This document shows, in pieces, positions 30,031-39,625 of a DNA stretch of 58,954 nucleotides (the stretch's first letter is position 1; each line of letters begins with the position of its first letter). Source of the stretch: Bacteroidota bacterium (GTDB lineage: Bacteria > Bacteroidota > Bacteroidia > UKL13-3); contig CANFHJ010000004.1 in NCBI GenBank assembly GCA_947446605.1, positions 1-58,954 of the forward strand. Direction: 5' to 3'. The notes under the pieces are model-generated. The model was not told the DNA's origin and did no database searches. It worked only from the letters and a program-made list of their open reading frames with translations. The translations under genes were made by a program, and so were the position numbers.

Positions 30031-31302
30031 TTAACTATACAATGGAAAACCTTCCATTAATCGGTTAACATCTTTCTTTACTTCTGCTAAAACAGCTGCG
30101 TTTTCTGCGTTCATAAGCACCTTGTCAATTAAGCTAACAATGTTACCCATTTGCGCTTCTTTAAGGTTTCTGCTGGTAATTGCAGCAGTACCAATTCTAA
30201 TTCCTGAAGTTACAAAAGGTGATTTATCATCAAATGGAACCATGTTTTTGTTAATGGTAATATCTGCTTGTATCAAAGCATTTTCAGCTGCTTTACCGCT
30301 AATGTTTTTATTGCGCAAGTCAATTAACATTAAATGATTATCTGTACCACCGCTAATAATTTTATAACCCAAATCAACAAAGGCATTTGCCATAGCATTG
30401 GCATTGGTTCTAACCTGTTTTATATACGTGTGGTAATCATCACTCAAAGCCTCTCCAAAAGCAACGGCTTTGGCTGCAATTACATGCTCCAATGGACCAC
30501 CTTGTGTACCAGGAAAAACAGCGCCATCCAAAATAGCACTCATCATTTTAGGCTCGCCTTTTGGCGTGGTTAATCCCCAAGGGTTTTCAAAATCTTTACC
30601 CATCATTATTATTCCACCCCTTGGCCCACGCAAGGTTTTATGGGTAGTAGAAGTTACTATATGGCAATGAACCATTGGGTCGTTCAATAGTTTTCCCGCA
30701 ATTAATCCCGCAGGATGCGAAATATCTGCCAACAACAAGGCTCCTACTGAATCTGCTATTGCGCGTAACCTTGCGTAATCCCAATCACGGCTATATGCCG
30801 ATGCACCACATATAATCAATTTAGGTAATTCGCGTTTGGCAATTACTTCTACTTTATCCCAATCAATTAATCCAGAATCTGGCTCTACACCATAAAAACT
30901 TGGCTTATATAATTTGCCCGAAAAATTTACTGGCGAACCATGCGTTAAATGTCCACCGTGTGACAAATCAAATCCCAATATTTTATCTCCAGGGTTCAAT
31001 ATGCCAAGCATAACAGCTGCGTTTGCTTGCGCTCCACTGTGTGGTTGCACGTTTGCCCATGCCGCTCCAAATAATTTTTTTAAACGATCTATAGCAATGT
31101 TTTCTACCACATCTACAACCTCACAACCACCATAATAACGCTTCCCGGGCAAGCCTTCTGCATACTTATTGGTTAATACAGAACCCATAGCCTCCATTAC
31201 CTGTTTGCTAACAAAATTTTCAGAAGCAATTAGCTCTAATCCGTGCTCTTGGCGGTGCAATTCTTTTTCAATTAAATTGAAAATTTCTTGGTCTCTGCTC
31301 AT
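30031..31302 (-). CDS. glyA: Serine hydroxymethyltransferase
   Basis: [32 protein letters not shown]-lysine motif [12 protein letters not shown]. Confidence 0.98.
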   Translation of the reverse strand: MSRDQEIFNLIEKELHRQEHGLELIASENFVSKQVMEAMGSVLTNKYAEGLPGKRYYGGCEVVDVVENIAIDRLKKLFGAAWANVQPHSGAQANAAVMLGILNPGDKILGFDLSHGGHLTHGSPVNFSGKLYKPSFYGVEPDSGLIDWDKVEVIAKRELPKLIICGASAYSRDWDYARLRAIADSVGALLLADISHPAGLIAGKLLNDPMVHCHIVTSTTHKTLRGPRGGIIMMGKDFENPWGLTTPKGEPKMMSAILDGAVFPGTQGGPLEHVIAAKAVAFGEALSDDYHTYIKQVRTNANAMANAFVDLGYKIISGGTDNHLMLIDLRNKNISGKAAENALIQADITINKNMVPFDDKSPFVTSGIRIGTAAITSRNLKEAQMGNIVSLIDKVLMNAENAAVLAEVKKDVNRLMEGFPLYS

Positions 31303-31418
31303 ATTTTATGTGGGTTGAATGGCCTGCAAAATAGTATTTTGGAACTAACTAATAAAATAGTTTATTTTCGTGTCTTCTATTTTTGGGTTCGAACCAAAAC
31401 ATGAATGAAAAAATAAAC

Positions 31419-32411
31419 ATGAAAGCAATTATTCCTGTAGCCGGAATTGGCACGCGCTTAAGACCTCATACGCACACACAACCTAAAGCATTAATTCCAA
31501 TTGCTGGTAAACCCATTTTGGCGCATATTACCGAAAGTTTAATAGATGCGGGTATCAATGATTTTGTTTTTATTATTGGCTACCTAGGCGACAAAATAGA
31601 GCAATACATTCTCCAACACTATCCCAATATCAACGCGCAATTTGTTATTCAAACAACCGGCAAGGGTGTTGGCCACGCTATTTGGTTGGCAAAAGATTGT
31701 ATTCTCCCTAATGAAGAAGTGTTAATCATTTTTGGCGATACCATTATTGATGCAAACCTTAACGAAATATGTAATACAGAAGGTAATTGGTTAGGCGTAA
31801 AAAAAGTAGAAGACCCGCGTCTTTTTGGTGTTGCAGAAATGGACAAAGACGGGAAAATTTTACGTGTTATAGAAAAGCCCAACATCCCTAAAAGCAATAT
31901 GGCATTAGTGGGTGTATACAAAATAAAAGACAGCAAAGAGCTCCTTGAGGCTTTAGATATTAACCTTGCCAAAAAACTAAAAACACACGGTGAATTTACG
32001 CTCACAGATGCTATCATGCAAATGATAGATAACGGCATTGAGTTTCAATCTTTCGGAGTTTCTAATTGGTTCGATTGTGGTAAAAAAGAAATTTTATTGG
32101 AAACTAATTCACTTCTTCTTAAGCGCTTAAACTACGATACTTCTAAATACATTTTCGAAAATACAATTGTTATACCGCCCGTATTTATAGGCGAAGGTTG
32201 CAAAATTAGCAACTCTATTATTGGACCAAATGTATCAATAGGCGAAAATGCAATTCTCAATTACGCAACCATTAAAGACTCCATTATAGGACCATATGCG
32301 CAAATTGAATTTGCCATCCTTCACCGCTCTCTTATTGGAAACGATGCACTCTTAAAAGGCATGAGCCAAAGCCTAAATATTGGCGATAGCACTGAAATAA
32401 ATTTTGGATAA
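31419..32411 (+). CDS. Sugar-phosphate nucleotidyltransferase (glucose-1-phosphate thymidylyltransferase-like, with C-terminal hexapeptide repeats)
   Basis: MKAIIPVAGIGTRLRPHT...PKAL, EKP, WFDCG and a left-handed beta-helix tail. Confidence 0.9.
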   Translation: MKAIIPVAGIGTRLRPHTHTQPKALIPIAGKPILAHITESLIDAGINDFVFIIGYLGDKIEQYILQHYPNINAQFVIQTTGKGVGHAIWLAKDCILPNEEVLIIFGDTIIDANLNEICNTEGNWLGVKKVEDPRLFGVAEMDKDGKILRVIEKPNIPKSNMALVGVYKIKDSKELLEALDINLAKKLKTHGEFTLTDAIMQMIDNGIEFQSFGVSNWFDCGKKEILLETNSLLLKRLNYDTSKYIFENTIVIPPVFIGEGCKISNSIIGPNVSIGENAILNYATIKDSIIGPYAQIEFAILHRSLIGNDALLKGMSQSLNIGDSTEINFG

Positions 32412-32427
32412 ATATTACACCTTCCCA

Positions 32428-32469
32428 AAAAAAAAGAGCAATACCCTTTTGGATATTGCTCTTTTTTTT
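32428..32469. terminator. Bidirectional intrinsic terminator
   Basis: A8-GAGCAATAcCC-tttt-GGaTATTGCTC-T8 hairpin between convergent genes. Confidence 0.85.
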
Positions 32470-32482
32470 GCGTATTAAAAAC

Positions 32483-33169
32483 TTATTGTTTTAAAAACTT
32501 TTGTACAATTAATCCTCTTTCTGTTTGTGCATACAATACATACAAACCATTGCTTAATCCACTCACATCAATGCTGTTTTGCATTGCTTCACCTTCTCCC
32601 ACTAATTTGCCAGCCAAATCATAAACCTTAAAGGTACTTGCATTTGCACCCTCAATATTCAAACGGCTATTTGTAGGCATAGGATATAACCTGTAACAAT
32701 GTGCGTCTAATTTCTTTATCCCAACATTGCTGCCATTATAGTCTATTACCACGCGCATCATGTCGCGGTTGTACATCAAATTACTGGTAGTAACACCTAC
32801 CAACCCTGTTAACAATACATAAAAATCTCTCTCACCAAACAAAGTTGAGTTAGGAGCAATATGATATTTAAGTACATGCTTATTACTCGAATCATATAAA
32901 TTAGTTCCTACAGGAAATATCCATTTAATTGGAGGAAAATTAAATTCAAAGTTATTTCTAGCAGAACCATCTATAACCGAAACGTCTGCACCTACAGGCG
33001 TGCGCAAGGTGTCATTGTTGGGTGTCCAAACAACCAACTCTACGCCTGCAGCTGTGTCTTCACTATTCCAATTGTCTATTGCCAATGGATTAGTAAAACC
33101 AAACCTGATTTGAGCCTGCGTAAAATAGCCGCTCAATAAAAATAAACCTATGATTAAAACTTTTTTCAT
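32483..33169 (-). CDS. Small T9SS type A sorting domain protein of unknown function
   Basis: Signal peptide ending TQAQ; CTD LYPMPT...VYDLAGK...IDVSGLSNGLYVL...KFLK. Confidence 0.85.
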   Translation of the reverse strand: MKKVLIIGLFLLSGYFTQAQIRFGFTNPLAIDNWNSEDTAAGVELVVWTPNNDTLRTPVGADVSVIDGSARNNFEFNFPPIKWIFPVGTNLYDSSNKHVLKYHIAPNSTLFGERDFYVLLTGLVGVTTSNLMYNRDMMRVVIDYNGSNVGIKKLDAHCYRLYPMPTNSRLNIEGANASTFKVYDLAGKLVGEGEAMQNSIDVSGLSNGLYVLYAQTERGLIVQKFLKQ

Positions 33170-33305
33170 TCTTCTTAATTTTTAAAGTGCCAAACTTTAA
33201 TAAGCAAAACACTTCTTGTACATCTATTTCAAAAGAAACTTATAGAACAATTGAATTACAAGTTTAATAAAATATTTGGTGTAAAAAAACCAAAAAAACG
33301 CCTAA

Positions 33306-34910
33306 TTACCTGATCCTGATTTTTTGACCTGGCACCACCGCCTCGTTCATTGGGTAGTTCAACTCTTTAATTTTTTCAACCTTAACCCCATATTTTCTAG
33401 CAATTCCATAAAGGGTTTCATGTGGCAACACCTTATGGTAATAGGGTTCTGGGCTAACTTCGTCCTTCTTTTCTGCTATTGTTATTTGCAGTGGAACTAT
33501 AACCAATTGTTGCCCCAAAGAAATGCTTTCATTGCTTAAATTATTGGTGGCCTTTAAATCTGCAACACTTAATCCATATGTTTTTGCAATGCCAAAAAGC
33601 GTCTCACTTTGTCTCACTACATGCACCCCAGGAATTACTTGCGGCTCCTTGGTATCTGCACTGCGAATCGCAGGATTAATAATTAAACGCTGACCAACGC
33701 CTATAGAATCATTGTATAGCGCATTTAAATATTGCAAAGCATCAACCCTAATTCCATATTTTTTACCAATACCATAAAGCGTTTCGCCTTGTTGAACGGT
33801 ATGGAAAAAACTCAAATTCTCCTTAAAAAAATGCATCGTATCGCTTTGCACATTAGTCTCAACTGGCTTTTGCGTTGCTAGGTTTTGAACAGGGTTTTCA
33901 TAAACCTGCTCATTGTAACTAGTATCCTTTGAAGGCATAACAAGAGTTGGCTTTACCTCTTCTTTTTTCAACAACAAAGCCTTCTCACGTTTGTTGTGTA
34001 AATACACCTCTTCGCCCGCGGCAGGCTCTTGTCCAGCTATTAAAAGGTTTCTTTCTAATAATTTATCTAATTTAATAGCATAACGCTGGCTAATCCAATA
34101 CATGCTTTCACTACCCAAAACCACATGAACCAAAACTTCAGATTTAGATTTTTTAGCTTTTAAATACACTGTGTCGCCCGCTTTGCAAATGGCATCTTTA
34201 CTCAAATCGTTATAACGGTAAATCTGGTATACTTTTACATCATAATCCATGGCAATTTGCGCATAACTTTCATTGGGCTTTGCAACAATTCCAGGCACAC
34301 CATTGTTCACAAACTCCTTGCCATAACTCTTTACGGCTTCTGCCTTTTCTTCTTTTAACTCTCTGTCCTCTTCCTCACTTAATTTAACCATATCGAACCT
34401 GTTCAAGTGATGGCGTTCAATAAAAGTAATTAACAATTCGGCATACTGAGGGTTAGTGGCATAACCTGCTTTTTTTAAACCCACCGCCCAAGACTTATAG
34501 TCGGTCTGATCCAAATCAAATAAAAATGCATAGCGAACATTCTTCATTAAGAAATCAGAATGGTCTCTGTAACTATCAATCGCAGCATCGTATTTTCTAA
34601 AACACTCCTGTGGCGCATCATCGTCTTCATATAGGGTTTTGCCCGTCCAGGTACTTTTACACTTAATACCAAAATGATTATTGGCTACAGTTGCCAACCT
34701 GCTATTTCCATTGCCACTTTCTAAAATGCCTTGCGCCAAAGTAATAGACGCTGGTATCTTGCTCCTATACATCTCATCAATGGCCAATGCACTGTACTTT
34801 TCTATGTATTGTTCAACAGTCATTTTCACTGCAACAGGAGGAGTTTCCCCTTGCGCAAACAATAGGCTTGGCAGCAAAATCAACATTAAAACAAGCGTCT
34901 TATTTTTCAT
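33306..34910 (-). CDS. GH73 glucosaminidase/muramidase with multiple LysM domains
   Basis: IPASITLAQGILESG, NNHFGIKC, GYATNPQY; repeated HxVxxxETLYGIAxxYG; start at 34910 supported by the promoter at 34921. Confidence 0.93.
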   Translation of the reverse strand: MKNKTLVLMLILLPSLLFAQGETPPVAVKMTVEQYIEKYSALAIDEMYRSKIPASITLAQGILESGNGNSRLATVANNHFGIKCKSTWTGKTLYEDDDAPQECFRKYDAAIDSYRDHSDFLMKNVRYAFLFDLDQTDYKSWAVGLKKAGYATNPQYAELLITFIERHHLNRFDMVKLSEEEDRELKEEKAEAVKSYGKEFVNNGVPGIVAKPNESYAQIAMDYDVKVYQIYRYNDLSKDAICKAGDTVYLKAKKSKSEVLVHVVLGSESMYWISQRYAIKLDKLLERNLLIAGQEPAAGEEVYLHNKREKALLLKKEEVKPTLVMPSKDTSYNEQVYENPVQNLATQKPVETNVQSDTMHFFKENLSFFHTVQQGETLYGIGKKYGIRVDALQYLNALYNDSIGVGQRLIINPAIRSADTKEPQVIPGVHVVRQSETLFGIAKTYGLSVADLKATNNLSNESISLGQQLVIVPLQITIAEKKDEVSPEPYYHKVLPHETLYGIARKYGVKVEKIKELNYPMNEAVVPGQKIRIR

Positions 34911-34920
34911 GGTATGTTGG

Positions 34921-34928
34921 CAAAAGTA
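34921..34928 (-). promoter_or_regulatory. -7 promoter element (TACTTTTG)
   Basis: TAnnTTTG match 10 nt upstream of ATG 34910. Confidence 0.6.
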
Positions 34929-35079
34929 CAACTCAAACACTGTTCCAATTTGCTAGATTCCCCACACATAGCTCGCTTTGTATACAATTGTGTCCAAAAT
35001 TTTACTGCTTAAACTTTTAGGTTTTTATTAAGGCAATAACTAAACTTGCTTTCGTTTATAGGATTATAATTTTCTTTTT

Positions 35080-37188
35080 ATGTTAAGCATACGCAATACC
35101 ATCGCACTTCTTGTTTTAATGAGCATCAGCCCTGTTTTGAGCTGGGGCCAATTACAAGAAAAACCTGTTTGGCAACTCAAAACAAATAAAACAGAAGTAA
35201 AAACGGGCGACGAAATTGAACTCATTTTTACCAGCAAAATTCAAAAAGACTGGTACATGTATTCCAATGATTTCAGCGGAGATGTTGGACCAATTGTTGC
35301 TTTGTTTGAATTTGAAAAACACCCAAGCTACCAATTGGTTGGCAAACTAAAGCCCGTTGGAAACCACAAGCATTTCGACGAAGTTTTTGGGGGTGAGGTA
35401 TCCACCTTCGTTGGAAAAGCAGAGTTTCACCAAAAGGTTAAAATTCTTCAGGCAAACCCCAAAATAAAAGTTTCTGTGGAGTTTCAAGAATGCTCACAAA
35501 TTACAGGAATGTGTGTACTTTTTGACGATGTGCTTGAGTTTAAAAATATTAAAGTTTCTGGCGCCTCAATAGCGCAAAACCCAGAAACAACAAGCGAACC
35601 AGCCGCTGCAACAAGTCCTGCCGCCACATCGGTAGACACAACTAAAACCACCATAAACACTACAACAACTGCATCAAATAACAATGCCTGCGACTACAAA
35701 AATATGCAGGTACCAAACGATTCTTACATCAAAGAAAATGGCCAAAAAGGCGATCTAGATGGCAGCGGAGAATCGCTATTGGGATTTATGATTTATGCCT
35801 TCCTTTTTGGTTTAGGCGCTATCATGACTCCTTGTGTGTTTCCAATGATTCCAATGACCGTTACCTTCTTTACCAAACACCAAGACCACGGTAGATTCAA
35901 GGCATTTGTTTTCGGTCTGTTTATTATCCTTATTTATACCATTGTTGGAACCCTAGTGGCCATCTTTATGGGGCCAGATTTTGCAAATTGGCTCAGTACG
36001 CACTGGCTACCAAATATTCTGTTCTTCCTAATTTTTATGGTGTTTGCGGCTTCTTTCTTGGGAATGTTTGAAATAACATTGCCTCATAAATTCGTAAACT
36101 CCATGGACTCCAAATCAAGCATGTCATCCTATGGTGGTATTTTCTTTATGGCATTTACCATGGTATTGGTATCCTTCTCTTGCACAGGACCTCTTGTAGG
36201 TAATATTTTAATCCAAGCATTTGGCGGAACTTACCTTCGCCCTATTGCAGGAATGTTTGCCTTCTCTCTCGCATTTGCCATTCCATTTACCTTATTTGCC
36301 ATCTTCCCGCAATGGCTGAGTACCCTTCCTAAATCTGGTGGTTGGCTAAATTCGGTTAAAGTGGTGCTTGGTTTTATTGAGTTGGCTCTGGCGTTCAAAT
36401 TCCTTTCAACTGCAGATACCGTATACCAATGGGGTATCCTAAACCGTGATATTTACATTGCAATTTGGATCGTTATTGCCTTGTTACTTGGTCTTTACTT
36501 AATGGGTAAGTTTTTGACCGCCCACGATAGTCCAATTCAAAGCGTAAGCGTCCCTCGCCTATTTATGGCCATTGCCTCTTTCTCTTTTGCCATTTATCTT
36601 TTCCCTGGCCTATTTGGCGCACCACTGAGCGCAATATCAGGTTACCTGCCTCCGCAACACACTCTAGCTTTTGATTTATACACTTCAAAAGACACCAAAA
36701 ACAATATCAACGAAAACATTAAACACGAAAAAATATTTCACCTTCCACATAACCTTAAAGGCTTTTTTGATTATTGCCAAGCACTTGAGTATAGCAAAAA
36801 AGTAAACAAACCCGTATTCATTGATTTTACTGGACATGGCTGCGTTAACTGTCGTAAAATGGAAGCCAATGTGTGGAGCAATCCAGAGGTATTAAAAATG
36901 CTAAACGACGATTATATTGTTGTTGCATTGTACGCAGACAATAAAGAAACTTTACCAGAAAATGAATGGTATGTTTCTCCATATGATAACAAAGAAAAAA
37001 GAGAAATTGGCAAACAAAACCTCGATCTTCAAATTCGCAAATTCAATGCAAACGCACAGCCACTTTATGTACTTATAGATGGTTCAGAAAATATGCTCGC
37101 ATACCCAAGAGCTTTTAATGAAAGCGTTCCAGAGTTTGTAGAGTTCCTCAAAAAAGGAAAAGAAACCTATAAACGTATTCACCCTTAA
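35080..37188 (+). CDS. dsbD: Thiol:disulfide interchange protein DsbD
   Basis: N-terminal Ig-like domain with a Cys pair, TPCVFPMIP, FSCTGP, LPKSGGWLN, and thioredoxin DFTGHGCVNC. Confidence 0.92.
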   Translation: MLSIRNTIALLVLMSISPVLSWGQLQEKPVWQLKTNKTEVKTGDEIELIFTSKIQKDWYMYSNDFSGDVGPIVALFEFEKHPSYQLVGKLKPVGNHKHFDEVFGGEVSTFVGKAEFHQKVKILQANPKIKVSVEFQECSQITGMCVLFDDVLEFKNIKVSGASIAQNPETTSEPAAATSPAATSVDTTKTTINTTTTASNNNACDYKNMQVPNDSYIKENGQKGDLDGSGESLLGFMIYAFLFGLGAIMTPCVFPMIPMTVTFFTKHQDHGRFKAFVFGLFIILIYTIVGTLVAIFMGPDFANWLSTHWLPNILFFLIFMVFAASFLGMFEITLPHKFVNSMDSKSSMSSYGGIFFMAFTMVLVSFSCTGPLVGNILIQAFGGTYLRPIAGMFAFSLAFAIPFTLFAIFPQWLSTLPKSGGWLNSVKVVLGFIELALAFKFLSTADTVYQWGILNRDIYIAIWIVIALLLGLYLMGKFLTAHDSPIQSVSVPRLFMAIASFSFAIYLFPGLFGAPLSAISGYLPPQHTLAFDLYTSKDTKNNINENIKHEKIFHLPHNLKGFFDYCQALEYSKKVNKPVFIDFTGHGCVNCRKMEANVWSNPEVLKMLNDDYIVVALYADNKETLPENEWYVSPYDNKEKREIGKQNLDLQIRKFNANAQPLYVLIDGSENMLAYPRAFNESVPEFVEFLKKGKETYKRIHP

Positions 37189-37200
37189 GCACCAAACAAT

Positions 37201-37773
37201 ATGAATGCTATAAAACAACATTTTAGTGAGGCACATGAGGTGCTTTCCAATTTTTTAGCCAACGATAAAAATTTTGAAACTATTGAAGCTGCCGGAAAAT
37301 TAATGGTGGAATCCATTAAAAATGGTGGCAAAATTCTTAGTTGTGGAAACGGTGGCAGCATGTGCGATGCCATGCATTTTGCCGAAGAACTTACCGGAAA
37401 ATACAGAAACGATAGACCTGCTATTGCAGCAATTTCTATGAGCGATGTAAGTCATATGGCTTGCGTTGGAAACGATTATGGTTATGATTTTGTATTTAGC
37501 CGTTACCTAGAGGCTGTAGGCCGCGAAGGCGATGTGCTTTTAGGAATTTCAACCAGCGGTAACAGCAAAAATGTAATCAATGCCATGGAAGTGGCCCGCA
37601 AAAAAGGTATCAAAATTATTGGTCTCACCGGTAAAGATGGCGGCAAAATGGCCCCTCTTTGTGATGTTGAAATTCGTGCTCCTCACAGCAATTACGCAGA
37701 TAGAGCTCAGGAGATCCATATCAAATGTATTCATTCGCTCATCGATTATATCGAAAGAAGTTTATTTGCCTAA
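37201..37773 (+). CDS. gmhA: D-sedoheptulose 7-phosphate isomerase
   Basis: [31 protein letters not shown] and QEIH. Confidence 0.95.
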   Translation: MNAIKQHFSEAHEVLSNFLANDKNFETIEAAGKLMVESIKNGGKILSCGNGGSMCDAMHFAEELTGKYRNDRPAIAAISMSDVSHMACVGNDYGYDFVFSRYLEAVGREGDVLLGISTSGNSKNVINAMEVARKKGIKIIGLTGKDGGKMAPLCDVEIRAPHSNYADRAQEIHIKCIHSLIDYIERSLFA

Positions 37774-37798
37774 TACCATTCATTAACACAAAAATCCT

Positions 37799-39496
37799 TT
37801 GCCAATCCGATCCATTTTTCGAAGAAAATCCATTGCCAATATCGTTGCCGACCACGATTTGGCAGAAAAAAACGGGCAGAATTTAACAAGAACACTTGGC
37901 TTTCGCGACCTTACAGCAATGGGCATCGCGGCAATTATTGGCGCAGGAATTTTTAGTACTATTGGAAACGCAAGTTTCAATGGCGGACCCGCTGTAGTTA
38001 CCCTCTTTATTTTTACAGCAATTGCTTGTGGATTTTCTGCTATGTGCTATGCAGAATTTGCATCAGTAATACCCATCAGTGGTAGTGCATATACCTACGC
38101 ATACGCAGCTTTTGGTGAAGTGGTAGCCTGGATTATTGGTTGGGCGCTCATCGTAGAATATGCCATCGGAAACATTGTTGTTGCCATCAGTTGGAGCGAT
38201 TACTTTACCGGATTAATGGCTGGCCTTGGCTGGCATATCCCAGAATATTTTAGCATGGACTACCTCTCTGCTAAACGCGGATTTGAAGAAGCCACACAAT
38301 TATTAAGCACACACCAATCAATCGGTTCGAACCTACAAGAAGCCTTTTTAGCCTGGTCTAATGCACCTGAGCTCTTTGGCCAAAAAATCATCCTCGACTT
38401 TCCTGCCCTGGCCATCGTAATTGCCATTACAGCGCTCATTTATAGGGGTGTTAAAGAAACCAAAAACGCCTCAAATATTATGGTAGCTATCAAACTTATT
38501 GTGGTAGCAATGGTTATTGTAGTAGGCGCATTTTATGTTAATCCGGCCAACTGGACACCATTTGCGCCAAACGGAATGAGTGGTGTAATGAAAGGTGTGT
38601 CCTCCGTATTCTTTGCCTATATTGGTTTTGACGCCCTGGCAACTACTGCAGAGGAATGCAAAAATCCCCGAAAAGATCTTCCCAAAAGCATGGTGGCCTC
38701 CCTAATTATTTGTACTATTTTATATATCCTAATAGCCTTAGTGCTTACGGGAATGGTAAACTACACAGAATTGGGTGTGGGTGATCCCCTTGCATTTGTT
38801 TTCGAAAAAGTACAACTACCCTGGATGCAAGGCATTGTAGCGGTTAGCGCAGTTATTGCAATGGCAAGTGTATTGCTTGTTTTTCAAAATGGTCAACCTC
38901 GCATTTGGATGAGCATGAGCAGAGATGGCCTTTTGCCAAAAAGATTCAGCGAAATTCACCCAAAATACAAAACCCCTTGGTTCGCCACAATTATTACTGG
39001 AATATTAGTGGCTATCCCTGCCCTTTTTATGAACCTCAAAGAAGTTACCGACCTTTCAAGCATTGGAACTCTTTTTGCTTTTGTTTTGGTGAATGCAGGA
39101 GTAATAAAAATGGAAAGCCATAAAAGTGAATACCATACCGGATTTAAAGTTCCATATATAAACGGCAAATACTATGTTCCTGCAATTTTCATATTGGCCT
39201 TAACAACAGTGTTTTTGCTGAATCAAAATGCGTTTGTAGAGTTCTTTTGTTTTAAAAATTTTTGGCACCAAATGCCTTTGCTCGCATTCCTAATATTATC
39301 TTTCTTTATGGCTATATTTTCTTATTTGAGAAACTACTCTTTAATTCCTGTTGTTGGGCTATTAAGCAATTTTTACTTAATGACAGAGCTAGGACTGTCA
39401 AATTGGATTGGCTTTAGCATATGGCTTGTATTTGGCCTAATTATCTATTTTTCATTTGGTGTTAAAAACAGCGCCTTACTTAAAACAAGAAATTAA
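37799..39496 (+). CDS. APC family (cationic amino acid transporter-like) permease
   Basis: GIAAIIGAGIF, CYAEFAS, GSAYTY, FFAYIGFDA, QPRI...MSRDGLLP; exact start uncertain (TTG). Confidence 0.92.
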   Translation: MPIRSIFRRKSIANIVADHDLAEKNGQNLTRTLGFRDLTAMGIAAIIGAGIFSTIGNASFNGGPAVVTLFIFTAIACGFSAMCYAEFASVIPISGSAYTYAYAAFGEVVAWIIGWALIVEYAIGNIVVAISWSDYFTGLMAGLGWHIPEYFSMDYLSAKRGFEEATQLLSTHQSIGSNLQEAFLAWSNAPELFGQKIILDFPALAIVIAITALIYRGVKETKNASNIMVAIKLIVVAMVIVVGAFYVNPANWTPFAPNGMSGVMKGVSSVFFAYIGFDALATTAEECKNPRKDLPKSMVASLIICTILYILIALVLTGMVNYTELGVGDPLAFVFEKVQLPWMQGIVAVSAVIAMASVLLVFQNGQPRIWMSMSRDGLLPKRFSEIHPKYKTPWFATIITGILVAIPALFMNLKEVTDLSSIGTLFAFVLVNAGVIKMESHKSEYHTGFKVPYINGKYYVPAIFILALTTVFLLNQNAFVEFFCFKNFWHQMPLLAFLILSFFMAIFSYLRNYSLIPVVGLLSNFYLMTELGLSNWIGFSIWLVFGLIIYFSFGVKNSALLKTRN

Positions 39497-39566
39497 TCCT
39501 TTTTGGGCATTTAACTTCAAATTTCAGCACTTTATCAAACAATTTTGGCATTATAGCTATTATAGC

Positions 39567-39596
39567 TTGTATGTGGTTTTAATGAGCCTACTTTTG
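39567..39596 (+). promoter_or_regulatory. -33/-7 promoter of the TonB-dependent receptor operon
   Basis: TTG (39567-39569), 19-nt spacer, TACTTTTG (39589-39596), 29 nt before the TTG start. Confidence 0.62.
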
Positions 39597-39625
39597 CACA
39601 AATTTCTACACCTAATTTCAATAGC

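Noticed and set aside
31380-31400. GGTTCGAACC copies read as tRNA T-arm fragments or tRNA genes
   Set aside because: They resemble the GGTTCGAA(T/C)CC T-loop, but no cloverleaf, acceptor stem or CCA surrounds any copy, and three copies are inside intact CDS
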